DNA from: a virus
Lineage: Duplodnaviria > Caudoviricetes
Length of the DNA stretch: 64,000 nt
Reading direction: 5' to 3' (one strand)
IMG/VR virus record: IMGVR_UViG_3300007513_000003
How positions within the stretch are numbered: position 1 is the first letter of the stretch; the number at the start of each line of letters is the position of its first letter. Below, piece by piece: positions 17,010 to 26,649 of this stretch. The notes under the pieces are model-generated. The model had not been told where the DNA came from. It saw nothing but the letters and a program-made list of their open reading frames with translations, and searched no databases. A program made the translations under genes and the position numbers.

Positions 17010-18449
17010 TTAGGCATTATAATCACAGTTGCTACAAGCAGAGGCACACATATTTAAATTACCACAATCACCGTAGTCGGCATTTAGAGTCTGTAGAAAC
17101 CTATTCTCTGTTGTATTTGGAGTCCATGTATTTGCTATTGTGTCAAAAAATCCTGTTTTGAATACTTCTTCTATACCACCATATTTTAGAGCATTGTTAG
17201 CATCGTTTTTAAAACCAAAAGTTAATAACAATTCTCTCAGATCGTAAGTGTACTCATTTGCAATTCTTGTGTGATTATGACCCATCATACAACACGGATA
17301 AACAAAGCCGTCTGCTGTAATAAAAACTTTAGATTCTGTTACAGCCATGCAATTTATTTTTCTATTACTGTGCTTTTTACTCGATGGTAAACCTCTCAGA
17401 ACTTTATTGACATCAACGTTGTCATATTCTTCAATATTGGTCACTTTCCATAGCGAATCTTTAACCCAAATAAATTTTTCTGCTTCTTCTTCCCATGATT
17501 TATTTTGACTAACATATTTTTCTTGTGCGATTTTTAAAAATGATGTATATTCTTTTATATTAATTTGATCAATTTGGTTATCATCTTCACTAACAAACAT
17601 ATGTGCCTTATATTTTTTTGCAATATTGTATACAGGACCCTTTCCGTGTTTTTGGATAGCCTTTTTAAAAAGATCAGACAATGTTTCATTTACTTCATAA
17701 AGCATTGCATCTAAATATGGATATGATATTTTTATATCTGTTTGTTCTTCATTATTTTTGATGTTTTCTGTTTGATCAGTTAAGTATCTGTCATAATCTT
17801 CTAAGCCTTCCGCACCTTGAAGTTGACCAACATATTCTCCTTTACTGGTATATACTGGAGTATCTTCTGGCCTATCCGTATTGATAATTTCTATTTTTGC
17901 AAAATTATATTCTTTGGCAAGTTCTTTAACATCTTCAAATTGATGTTGATTATGTTTAAAAAGTATAAACTGTAAAATAGCATTTCCACCTGCGTCTATA
18001 AATGCTTTTGCGTTTTCTAAAACTTTTTTAAGATTTGTGTTTTGTCTATAATAAGAATGTACTTCTTGCGTTGTGCCATCTACTGCAAACCATATTTTCA
18101 TATTTTTATACTTTGCAAAATTTGCCCAATAATCAGTACTATGCATTCCGCCGTTGGTATTAATTTCAATTATAATATCATTATTACAGGAATAAAGATA
18201 ATCTACCATTTGAGGTAGATTAGGATTTACTTGGGCGTCTCCAACATTTCCACAAAATATAACACGTTCTAAGTTGGATACCAGTTTTGATGTTAATAAA
18301 AATTTAAACTCATCTAGCGACATGTGTTTTTGATAGGTGCCTGCTAGTTCTCCATATCCATAATATGCTCTACTACAGGCAGGGCATGCCGCGTTACACT
18401 TTTCGGTTATTTCAATTTGTACACTAGTAATATCTTTATATCTATACAT
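17010..18449 (-). CDS. Radical SAM protein (MoaA-like, C-terminal Twitch-like)
   Basis: CNAACPAC, FCGNVGD, NTNGG, FAVDG, VYPCC. Start moved to MYRY. Confidence 0.9.
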   Translation of the reverse strand: MYRYKDITSVQIEITEKCNAACPACSRAYYGYGELAGTYQKHMSLDEFKFLLTSKLVSNLERVIFCGNVGDAQVNPNLPQMVDYLYSCNNDIIIEINTNGGMHSTDYWANFAKYKNMKIWFAVDGTTQEVHSYYRQNTNLKKVLENAKAFIDAGGNAILQFILFKHNQHQFEDVKELAKEYNFAKIEIINTDRPEDTPVYTSKGEYVGQLQGAEGLEDYDRYLTDQTENIKNNEEQTDIKISYPYLDAMLYEVNETLSDLFKKAIQKHGKGPVYNIAKKYKAHMFVSEDDNQIDQINIKEYTSFLKIAQEKYVSQNKSWEEEAEKFIWVKDSLWKVTNIEEYDNVDVNKVLRGLPSSKKHSNRKINCMAVTESKVFITADGFVYPCCMMGHNHTRIANEYTYDLRELLLTFGFKNDANNALKYGGIEEVFKTGFFDTIANTWTPNTTENRFLQTLNADYGDCGNLNMCASACSNCDYNA

Positions 18450-19128
18450 CCAAATTATAATATTGAGCAACGCGTCTGTTCCATTCGTTAGCTGCGTTCT
18501 CAAACTCCTTGCCTTCGATAACAAACTCTTGATAATTTAAGTCTTTAGAGCACATTAACACAACCCCGGTTTTAATGTCTGTACCAAACATTTCATTGTG
18601 TGCTTGTGCGTATGCGGCTAACTGGCAAAAATAGTTGCTAATCCATTCTTTTTTCTTAGGTTTATTAGTTTGCTTAAAGTCAAGTATTGCTAAGTTACCT
18701 TTCCAAAGTCCTACACAATCTGTTGTGCCTGCGTATAATCCTTCATAGTATAGCGAGACTTCTGTACCATATATTTCGCTAACTTTCCTAAGTCCTTCGG
18801 CAATAATAACATTTGACATGTTGTATGCTTTTTGGTGTATGACATTACTGCCAACTTTGCGTTCATGGCTCTCAATATATAATTCTAAATTTTTATGCAT
18901 TAGTGTGCCGACATTTGCGGCTTCTGTACTAATTTGCTGTGCTTGCGTTTCGCCAACACGCTTTTTCCAGTTTGCTAATGCTTCTCTTTCTTGTTGGGAT
19001 TTAGTCGCGTCTAATATAGTTGTAACGCTAGGAACTGCTGATCCATCAGGTAATTGATACTTGCGTTTTCTATCTATAGTCGTAACACGTTTTAATTCGT
19101 TGTAATCGTATTTTTCCAGTAATATCAT
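18442..19128 (-). CDS. PD-(D/E)xK exonuclease
   Basis: PSVTTIL, GTLMH, AGTTDC, ILDFKQ, YFCQLAAYA. Confidence 0.9.
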   Translation of the reverse strand: MILLEKYDYNELKRVTTIDRKRKYQLPDGSAVPSVTTILDATKSQQEREALANWKKRVGETQAQQISTEAANVGTLMHKNLELYIESHERKVGSNVIHQKAYNMSNVIIAEGLRKVSEIYGTEVSLYYEGLYAGTTDCVGLWKGNLAILDFKQTNKPKKKEWISNYFCQLAAYAQAHNEMFGTDIKTGVVLMCSKDLNYQEFVIEGKEFENAANEWNRRVAQYYNLDV

Positions 19129-19134
19129 GTATAT

Positions 19135-19163
19135 ATTATAATTGATTTAAATTTAGATGTCAA
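19135..19163 (-). promoter_or_regulatory. Consensus sigma70 promoter; leaderless exonuclease mRNA
   Basis: TTGACA-17-TATAAT, then 6 nt to ATG 19128. Confidence 0.85.
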
Positions 19164-19176
19164 GATTTATTCCGCA

Positions 19177-21057
19177 TTAACCTATACGTCTGGCTGGATT
19201 ATTCACCGTAAAAGAAGTATTACCAACTGTGACACTTACTGCTGGCTCATACCCATCACCTGGTTTTGGAAAACGGTAGTGTCCACGATTGCCATTGTTA
19301 AATCCTGTAAATACACCAGTATCTCCGCCCACAATAACAGTTGTTTTGGCATATTTGGAAGGCAACACTACAACAAGCTTATTATCTTTTTCAGATTTTG
19401 GTTTCCAAACTGCTCCAGCTCCCAAAGCACTGAATGAATGAATCCCTATAAAAGTTGTAATAGATCCGCCGTTGCCGCCGTCCTTGTCGCCGACTGAAGC
19501 CCAAGCACTTGCTTTATCATGATTCAAAGTAATATTACCGGCAGTAACTGTCACTGACGATAACTTACTAGTGACTGGCCAACTAGATACATTGTGATGT
19601 AACCAAGATGCACCGACCATACCACTTGATTGTGATGATGTTGTCGATCCGCCCGGTGCAGGCCAAGTAACTTTAATTAAGTTAGATCTTTCGTTAACAT
19701 TTCTTTCGCTTCCCCGCGCTAAACCAGATACCATAAAATAGAGTGTTTCTCCTGTGCTTGGAGACCAAGACGCCAATGGCGGCTGTTTTATATGGTCACC
19801 ATTTACGGCTTTTCGTGATTTAGTTACTTGTCCCGGGCGCATCCATTCCCACGTGGCTGCATACCAATGGCCACTTAAATTAACAAATACCCATGGATTT
19901 GCGGCGACCGGTACACCATTAATAGTGACAGTGCCTCCGACGGGGATCTCGTCTATCAACGAGCCACCAGTTAACAGTTTTCCTGTTGGACTAAATGTTG
20001 TTACGTTAGATACATCTTGGACTGTGCCATCTCCACTGTTTATAATGCCAGGCACTCTTGCGAAATCATTATCTACTTCCGTACGGAATAAACCAATTCC
20101 TGATAATTGTCCCATTGAATTATCAATGTTTCCTGCCATAGTATTGATTAAACCCATTACTGCGTTAAGGGCACCATTCGTATCGCCTGGATCTGCAAAG
20201 TCGTATGATCCGCCGCTTATATCTGTATTTAAATCTTCATACAGGTAATTCTCTGTTCCCATTGCTTGGCCGGCAGGTCTCATTACTACTTGTCCATTTC
20301 CTTTATCACCTAAGCCAAAAAAGTTTATCTTTGTTTGTGGGTGTATTGGCTCAGTTAATCCTTCGACTGGCGCAAGGACTCCACTAGTACTTTGTGTTAA
20401 AGCTTCGCCTGACCTTTCTTTAGGCCCCACTGGCCCCATTTGGTCAGGTTTGCCTATAACTAGTGTATCATCTATTATTGAGATATGATCTAATATCGTA
20501 TTATTCCAATTAATTACCCATTTAATAGGTTCAGTTACTCTTGCATCAAACCAATTTCCAGGATGTATTTGGTATCCTAGTTTTCGAAAATGAGTAAGAA
20601 CAGCATTAATTTGTTTGTGTCTTTGGAAAATCTGTGGTTCTTTTTCTTTTATAGCGGCCATAAGTTCTGGCATTGTCATATCTTGGGCATCAGGAATCTC
20701 CATAATGGAAGTGAAAGGATCACCTGTCCATGCCGCGCCATATTGAAATATTTCTTCAAGTAAAAACCAATGGCCATATGTATACTTGCCAGCCATCACT
20801 GGGCCAGTATCTACTACTGCCCTAACATTTCCTGCTTCTGACGATGTTTTAAGAACTTGATTAATGAACTGTACTTCTTGCTTTACAGATGCATCGCCTA
20901 ATATTGTTCTACTGCGTAACGTAGTCGCAGGCGGTGTTTCAGTATTATCTCCAGTAGTACCTACAGCCGGATCATATGTATACCGTATAGTTGTAGGAGT
21001 TCCATACGCTCCGGTTGAGACTTCATCAGTATCATCAGTATTATTATCGTCAGTCAT
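19177..21057 (-). CDS. Multi-domain late protein of unknown function
   Basis: 626 aa, TATAAATA 5 nt upstream; mosaic of beta-rich modules. Confidence 0.75.
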   Translation of the reverse strand: MTDDNNTDDTDEVSTGAYGTPTTIRYTYDPAVGTTGDNTETPPATTLRSRTILGDASVKQEVQFINQVLKTSSEAGNVRAVVDTGPVMAGKYTYGHWFLLEEIFQYGAAWTGDPFTSIMEIPDAQDMTMPELMAAIKEKEPQIFQRHKQINAVLTHFRKLGYQIHPGNWFDARVTEPIKWVINWNNTILDHISIIDDTLVIGKPDQMGPVGPKERSGEALTQSTSGVLAPVEGLTEPIHPQTKINFFGLGDKGNGQVVMRPAGQAMGTENYLYEDLNTDISGGSYDFADPGDTNGALNAVMGLINTMAGNIDNSMGQLSGIGLFRTEVDNDFARVPGIINSGDGTVQDVSNVTTFSPTGKLLTGGSLIDEIPVGGTVTINGVPVAANPWVFVNLSGHWYAATWEWMRPGQVTKSRKAVNGDHIKQPPLASWSPSTGETLYFMVSGLARGSERNVNERSNLIKVTWPAPGGSTTSSQSSGMVGASWLHHNVSSWPVTSKLSSVTVTAGNITLNHDKASAWASVGDKDGGNGGSITTFIGIHSFSALGAGAVWKPKSEKDNKLVVVLPSKYAKTTVIVGGDTGVFTGFNNGNRGHYRFPKPGDGYEPAVSVTVGNTSFTVNNPARRIG

Positions 21058-21065
21058 AATAATAT

Positions 21066-21617
21066 TTATAATAGTTTTAGTTTTGTAAGATACAACTGTA
21101 AATCTTTATCATTAACACCTTTAACAGTGCTAGCTGCCTTATGTAAAGCTACTCCAGAATTATCTCCTCGTTTTTTATATTGTATATAATACTTTGCCGC
21201 CAACTTATATGCCTTATTTTTTATTGCTGTCATTAGTTTACCTTCATCAAGTTCCAATTCAGCATATTTGTTATTCATTACCGCAGGCTTTAATTTAAAC
21301 CCTGGGTCTGGTATAATTATTTCATATTTGTCTGTAGTTTTTGTTGATGTTTCTTTAGGCATACCATCTTTTTTTAATTGTTGAAAACTGTTTTTACTTA
21401 ATTGTTTTACCCAATTTTTTTGTTTCTTACCTTTGGGATTAGTCCAAATCAATTGAAATATTTTCTTTTTAGTAGCTCCAGCTCCCAGGCGATACTCTCT
21501 TTCTTCTCCTTCATCAAGTCCATGCCATTCTTTAAATGTTTTAACACCCATTGCGTTTTGCACAGTTCTAAACAGTGTTAAAGCATCTTTACTATTAGCA
21601 AATTCGAAAAGTCTCAT
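21066..21617 (-). CDS. Putative internal head protein
   Basis: Start moved to MRLFEF (TAATG coupling). Confidence 0.6.
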   Translation of the reverse strand: MRLFEFANSKDALTLFRTVQNAMGVKTFKEWHGLDEGEEREYRLGAGATKKKIFQLIWTNPKGKKQKNWVKQLSKNSFQQLKKDGMPKETSTKTTDKYEIIIPDPGFKLKPAVMNNKYAELELDEGKLMTAIKNKAYKLAAKYYIQYKKRGDNSGVALHKAASTVKGVNDKDLQLYLTKLKLL

Positions 21618-21982
21618 TACCAAGAAATTTCCCAATAAAATGTATCATTTGTTGTGGTGTTTTTCTTTCTAACAATTGTGTACTTTTTATTGGTAAAATG
21701 ACTCATTACTTCTGACATTTGTTCAGATCGTAGTGTGCTTTCTGTATTACCTTTCCATACACTATAAAACGCTTCACCTGTTGCGTCATCATTTGTCATT
21801 GGGCTACCTGTAACTACTGTGCCATTAATAGTAACTGTGGTTGTATCAGTTGCCGTTGTTGACAAAGCGTTACTAGCAACAGCGGCTAATACACGTAATT
21901 CTAGTATTAATATTTCTTGAGCAATTAACTGATTATCTTGTCCGCGATCTCTTGCGTGGGATGCCGTTGGAAAATATGCCAT
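21617..21982 (-). CDS. Hypothetical late/virion protein
   Basis: 121-aa ORF in the late cluster. Confidence 0.65.
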   Translation of the reverse strand: MAYFPTASHARDRGQDNQLIAQEILILELRVLAAVASNALSTTATDTTTVTINGTVVTGSPMTNDDATGEAFYSVWKGNTESTLRSEQMSEVMSHFTNKKYTIVRKKNTTTNDTFYWEISW

Positions 21983-21985
21983 AAT

Positions 21986-22366
21986 TTATGTTCTCTTCTT
22001 CAATGCTCTTTTAGCCATACTGTCAACTTTGTTTTGACTTGGCTCATCAATATTTGCTTCATCCGAAACATCTACTTCTAATTCTTCTTCTGTGTTTAAT
22101 GTAATGAAATCTTTATCGAAGTTTTTAATTAAATTTTGGACTCCGGGGTCCATATCATAAATTTGTTTAAAACCATCAAAATCTATAACATGCCCTAAGT
22201 TTCTCATAGTATGAACTAATTCTACAAAACTTATTTCATTATCACCTATTTCTGCTGAATTATCTGCACTTTTAAGTTCGTGATTTAATACGGTAATCAA
22301 CGCTTCGACCATGTCGTCGTCTACAGGTCCTTGCTCCGTCAAATTTAAAATTTCAGCAAATCGCAT
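21986..22366 (-). CDS. Putative internal head protein
   Basis: Leader MRFAEILNLTE. Confidence 0.6.
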   Translation of the reverse strand: MRFAEILNLTEQGPVDDDMVEALITVLNHELKSADNSAEIGDNEISFVELVHTMRNLGHVIDFDGFKQIYDMDPGVQNLIKNFDKDFITLNTEEELEVDVSDEANIDEPSQNKVDSMAKRALKKRT

Positions 22367-22367
22367 A

Positions 22368-23516
22368 TTACTCGCGCTCTTCTCTTCCTTCTGGCTCTTC
22401 TGCGCCAGCCGCTACATCAGCAGTTGAAAACTCTTCTTCACCTGGAATTTCTTCACCTGGAATTTCTTCAACATCAGCACCCATTTGCTCTACAGGTTGT
22501 TCTTCACCTGTAATGATTCTGCTTGCTTGTGCTAATGTTTCACGTCCTTGTCCATTTGTATCAACCAAATTGTCTAATGTAGGAAGGGCAATGTTAGCAT
22601 ATGCTTCGCTCATCTCGGAGCCTAATTCATCACGCATTGCATCTAACAATGGTGGTAAATCTTCGTTGCGTAGTTTGCTTAAATCATCAACTGCTTTTTG
22701 TACTCTATCTACAACATCTTTAGATGCTAGTAGTAGTTCTGCTTGGTCTTCTTGACTTTCGTACAATGCGCGTAATCTTTCTGAAATCTCTACCTCTGTT
22801 GATTCTAAGCCAAGTTGTTTCTTTGCTCTTTTATCAATATTTTTTAGTAGTTGCACATTAGCCATGCCTGATCGCATAATGTCATCTAAAATATTAATTA
22901 GAGGAAGGAATGTTTTAACATATATAGCAGGAACAGACTTGCCATTCATAGCCATTTCAATAGCAGTTTTCGCTCGCACCATGTTTTGACCGCCAACTAG
23001 AATACGAAGTGCTTGCATACCTTTAGGATCAAATGTATATCTGTCGTCTTTCTCTTTCTTTTCTGAAATTTCTTCTTCATTTACATCTTCCGGACAAGGT
23101 TTCTTTTTCTTCATCTTACCTGCCGCTTCTTTTACTTTTGCTTTCTTTTTGCCTGGTCTTGCTTTCTTTTTGCCTGGTCCTGCACCAAATCCAGCATCGG
23201 CAGTACTGCCTTGGTTTGGAATTTTTTCTGCATCTGCGGCCTTTTCATTTTCAGGACTAAATTCTAACAACTCTTCAATATGCTTTTCTAAATTTTCTTT
23301 AATAAAGATCTTTGCTAGATATGATTTTGAGTTATGCAAATTGTGCCTATCTTCTGATAAGCGTTGCTTTTTAATCTCTTCATTTACTGTTAGGAGTAAT
23401 TTTTGTGTATGATCTAGGTCCAATTTAGTAATGTCTACCTTTACACCAAAGGCATTTTGGACACTATTGCTTAATTCTCCTGCTGTTTGTGTTGTATTTA
23501 AATCTGTTAAATTCAT
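22368..23516 (-). CDS. Acidic helical late protein (possible prohead core/scaffold)
   Basis: E-rich and helical; late promoter at 23556-23562. Confidence 0.5.
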   Translation of the reverse strand: MNLTDLNTTQTAGELSNSVQNAFGVKVDITKLDLDHTQKLLLTVNEEIKKQRLSEDRHNLHNSKSYLAKIFIKENLEKHIEELLEFSPENEKAADAEKIPNQGSTADAGFGAGPGKKKARPGKKKAKVKEAAGKMKKKKPCPEDVNEEEISEKKEKDDRYTFDPKGMQALRILVGGQNMVRAKTAIEMAMNGKSVPAIYVKTFLPLINILDDIMRSGMANVQLLKNIDKRAKKQLGLESTEVEISERLRALYESQEDQAELLLASKDVVDRVQKAVDDLSKLRNEDLPPLLDAMRDELGSEMSEAYANIALPTLDNLVDTNGQGRETLAQASRIITGEEQPVEQMGADVEEIPGEEIPGEEEFSTADVAAGAEEPEGREERE

Positions 23517-23561
23517 AATATGTTTCCAAATCTGTAATATAAAATAAGTTATTCGTATTTA

Positions 23562-24041
23562 TTAAAAAACGCAATTATAATATAGTTGCGTTAAGTTGTC
23601 TTTTGCCTCTTGGGCATTCCAAACGTAGGTTTTAACTCTAGATTCTATAAAATCTACTTTAAACCAATCGCTTTCTTCAGCATAATACTTAATTTTTTCT
23701 TTGGATATTAATAATTTTTCAACTGCATTGCCATATTTTATATCGCTCTCGAGTACTTGCTTATATTTTACTTGATCACCATTATTATGAAAAACAGCCA
23801 GCATAATAGCAGCCTTTTTTGTGTATATATTTTTCTCGATAATTGAATAACCTTTGTTATATCCTTTCTTAAGAACATATCCATTTTGTGTTTTTCTAAT
23901 TCGAATATCGCCTACTTTTATGCCTTTATTAAGTTTTTTAATTTTTAAATAATGTAATCTTCCATGCTTTTCTAACTTCTCCATCATGTCGTCATACATG
24001 TCCGAAAAAGTCGCATCGATTTTTTTCTTAGATTGGTTCAT
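23562..24041 (-). CDS. Hypothetical late protein
   Basis: TTAAATA 5 nt upstream of ATG. Confidence 0.65.
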   Translation of the reverse strand: MNQSKKKIDATFSDMYDDMMEKLEKHGRLHYLKIKKLNKGIKVGDIRIRKTQNGYVLKKGYNKGYSIIEKNIYTKKAAIMLAVFHNNGDQVKYKQVLESDIKYGNAVEKLLISKEKIKYYAEESDWFKVDFIESRVKTYVWNAQEAKDNLTQLYYNCVF

Positions 24042-24077
24042 ACTAATATTTAACCGTATACGGTTGTTTAAAAAATA

Positions 24078-24914
24078 TTATTGGTCAGCAATCATGTTAA
24101 CAATTGTTTTACCACGATTACCAACTTGATTGTACCACTTACTATTTTGTAGTTCTTTTGCGGCAGTTTTCCAATCACCTTTTTCGGCCGCCGCGGAAAA
24201 TTTTGGCCATGTCTTGTGCCAATTTGGACCCATATTATAAGCCAAATCAACCATCGCTTGTTTGCGTCTTTGGTCCGCTAAATTATAACCAGGTGTTGTT
24301 CTTGCACCCTTTACATGATGCTCAAAGTCTTTGTCAAACATTTCGTCTGCTTGTTGGTCTGTAATGCCTTTGGAAAAGTCTTCGCCAGGCTTAACTAAGT
24401 GTCCATAACCAATTGTGTCCTTGCCAACTGTGTCTTTATAAACTTTTAAGCGTTTGCCTTCGTGATGCTTAATCATACTCTTAAGAGCATTTACATCACC
24501 AAATTCTTTGTCATATGGATCTTGTTCGATTGTTTGTGTTATTTGTGTTTTTGTTTGTAGATCAGGCTGTGGTGTATTTTGATCAATTGAATGTATGCCA
24601 CTTGCCGCCAATGCTCCAGCGGCCGCAACACTGGCCGCAGTTTTTTTGAGATCTTCGTTCAATATATCTTTATATAATGACACTTTTATTTGAGACTCAT
24701 CTAGTTTAAAGTTGCGTATATACGCTATCTTACCTTCAACTTTTACACGTTTAAGAATATCCTTCTTAACTAAGCCATCAGCAATCCACTGCTCATGCTC
24801 ATTTAGATCTCTTTTAAATACTCTCTTATCAGTGTATTTTAACAAATAGTCACTCTCTTGTAAATTAACATAAACTAAACTTACGTCAGGATTCTGTATT
24901 TGTGCAAATCTCAT
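24078..24914 (-). CDS. T4-lysozyme-like muramidase (GH24) with long N-terminal extension
   Basis: IKHHEGKRLKVYKDTVGKDTIGYGHL, AMVDLAYNMG, ELQNSKWYNQVGNRG. Confidence 0.9.
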   Translation of the reverse strand: MRFAQIQNPDVSLVYVNLQESDYLLKYTDKRVFKRDLNEHEQWIADGLVKKDILKRVKVEGKIAYIRNFKLDESQIKVSLYKDILNEDLKKTAASVAAAGALAASGIHSIDQNTPQPDLQTKTQITQTIEQDPYDKEFGDVNALKSMIKHHEGKRLKVYKDTVGKDTIGYGHLVKPGEDFSKGITDQQADEMFDKDFEHHVKGARTTPGYNLADQRRKQAMVDLAYNMGPNWHKTWPKFSAAAEKGDWKTAAKELQNSKWYNQVGNRGKTIVNMIADQ

Positions 24915-24923
24915 TTCTTTTTC

Positions 24924-25376
24924 CTAATTTATTTTGTTCAACTCATACTGCACCATGTCGCCTTGGTCTTCAACGTATGCGTTATAGCCTAACTGTCTAG
25001 CAAACTTTTGTACCATTCTAGAATAAAGGTTTGTTCTGCTTGGGTTGTCGCCTATATCTCCTTTTTCACCGGAAAAAAATATCATTTCGGGACTACGTTC
25101 TTTAATAAACTTTTTTATAGCGTGTAAAACTGTAGCAAATATTTTATAAGCATCGCCTTCACCTGATACATCTTGACTATGATTTCTATGAAACTCTACT
25201 TGATATTCCCCGTTCCCTTCATGATTGAACATAATAAGCAGTGGTGTGTCGTCAGGTAAGTTGGCAAATGCTCGCATGCCGCCATGGGGGCCCGGGCCCT
25301 GGAAGCCATCCGTTTCACCTGTCCATGATAGAGGATAAGGTTGGTCAAATGTTTCAAACAGTTCTGCTATTTTCAT
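24924..25376 (-). CDS. Putative internal head protein
   Basis: Leader MKIAELFE. Confidence 0.6.
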   Translation of the reverse strand: MKIAELFETFDQPYPLSWTGETDGFQGPGPHGGMRAFANLPDDTPLLIMFNHEGNGEYQVEFHRNHSQDVSGEGDAYKIFATVLHAIKKFIKERSPEMIFFSGEKGDIGDNPSRTNLYSRMVQKFARQLGYNAYVEDQGDMVQYELNKIN

Positions 25377-25906
25377 TTCTTACCGCCTTTCATGTTAAAG
25401 TTCTCGCTTAGGTATTCGTCTAGAGCATCTTCACCAGTTGGACTAATTGCCCAAGCACCATCGCCACCATAAATTAAACCTGAGCCATCTAGTTCATCAT
25501 ATAATCTGCTCATAGCAGGTGTAAGACTGTGTGAATCTTCTTCAAAGTCCATACCTAATTCGTCTGCTGTGGCTATTGCTTTTAACAATAGCATGCCGCC
25601 GTGTCCTTTATTACGAAACTCTGGGAATATTTCTGCAAAGTTACGCACATTATCTTCGTTGCGTGTATGTGTATATTGTCCTGCGTGTTTACCGTCTACG
25701 TATAAATCTACAGTAAAACCATTTTTTTGTTTGGTTACGCGAAACTGCTTACCGTCAACAAAGCTTTCGTTTGTAAGTAATTTTGGCTTTCCGCTACCAA
25801 GTCCTAACTTTTTAACATTAGCATATTCGCTTCCAATTGGAGCGTCTTTTGTGGCATTTTGTTTTGTAATAATGCCTACTGCTTCAGTTAATTCTGCAAT
25901 TTTCAT
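25373..25906 (-). CDS. Putative internal head protein with GNAT acetyltransferase-like motif
   Basis: Leader MKIAELTEA; EIFPEFRNKGHGGMLL matches GNAT motif A. Confidence 0.6.
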   Translation of the reverse strand: MKIAELTEAVGIITKQNATKDAPIGSEYANVKKLGLGSGKPKLLTNESFVDGKQFRVTKQKNGFTVDLYVDGKHAGQYTHTRNEDNVRNFAEIFPEFRNKGHGGMLLLKAIATADELGMDFEEDSHSLTPAMSRLYDELDGSGLIYGGDGAWAISPTGEDALDEYLSENFNMKGGKK

Positions 25907-25913
25907 ACTGTAT

Positions 25914-26504
25914 TTATAGGTTATTGTTAGCTAACCAAGCAGTATATATACTCCGATAATAACTTTCTATCTCAATAACATCTAACAACTTTCCATTAAC
26001 TATATCTTCTAGTTTAATAATATTATCAGTGTGCTGTTTAATTAGGTGAGAGAAATGTATATACATTTCTGCATATTGTTTTATAGTTGTAGCGTCACAT
26101 ACTTGGGTCATTTCTTCCCACGTGTGGGGGCGATGTAACTGTTTAAATCGCTCTGCGGCCCACATTGCTATGTCAAAGTCATCGACAGTAATACCTATGA
26201 AGTCGTGTTTTCGTTCAATATGGTAGGCCAAATCATGACTTGGAATACTACCATAATATTTTGCAATTTCTATTAGGTAATGATCTTTCTCACTATTATT
26301 TTTAAATAAATGGGGTTTTTTAAGTCTACTACGATCTTTTGATAACCTGATTCTATTAGAATCAGACCTGATTCTATTAGAATCAGACCTGATATCAGAC
26401 CTGATTCTATTCTTATTAATTTTGCCATTGCATGAATCATATAGCATAGTAATAAGATCACCGCATGATCCGCCCATGTAAACTATAAGGAATAAGTCTT
26501 TCAT
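25914..26504 (-). CDS. Hypothetical protein (YMGGSCGD motif, possibly sulfotransferase/P-loop-like)
   Basis: Start moved to MKDLF, 5 nt after ATAAATC. Confidence 0.55.
   Translation of the reverse strand: MKDLFLIVYMGGSCGDLITMLYDSCNGKINKNRIRSDIRSDSNRIRSDSNRIRLSKDRSRLKKPHLFKNNSEKDHYLIEIAKYYGSIPSHDLAYHIERKHDFIGITVDDFDIAMWAAERFKQLHRPHTWEEMTQVCDATTIKQYAEMYIHFSHLIKQHTDNIIKLEDIVNGKLLDVIEIESYYRSIYTAWLANNNL
26345..26411. repeat. Tandem array of palindromic units
   Basis: ACCTGATTCTATTAGAATCAG x2 (21 bp), ACCTGATATCAG, then partial ACCTGATTCTATT. Confidence 0.9.
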
Positions 26505-26640
26505 TAATTGATTTATGATTGGGTGTGGCGTTTTGTTTTGTAACGAGTTCTGCTTTACCTTTACTATACTGCTCGTCATACCATTTACGTAAATTTTCTA
26601 GAATACGTAAATCTTCTGTAAGTAATTCGTTTATTAACAT
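26458..26640 (-). CDS. Short putative internal head protein, possibly truncated
   Basis: Leader MLINELLTED; overlaps the next gene by 47 nt. Confidence 0.5.
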   Translation of the reverse strand: MLINELLTEDLRILENLRKWYDEQYSKGKAELVTKQNATPNHKSINERLIPYSLHGRIMR

Positions 26641-26649
26641 TATTTTTTC

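Noticed and set aside
18442-19128. Cas4-like protein implying a CRISPR-Cas locus
   Set aside because: It is an ordinary phage PD-(D/E)xK exonuclease with no Cas4 Fe-S cysteines, no other cas genes and no array.
22427-23180. Short repeats EEIPGEEIPGEEE and KKKARPGKKKAK (also GEGEGE near 56670)
   Set aside because: Ordinary slippage in low-complexity linkers, with no further structure.
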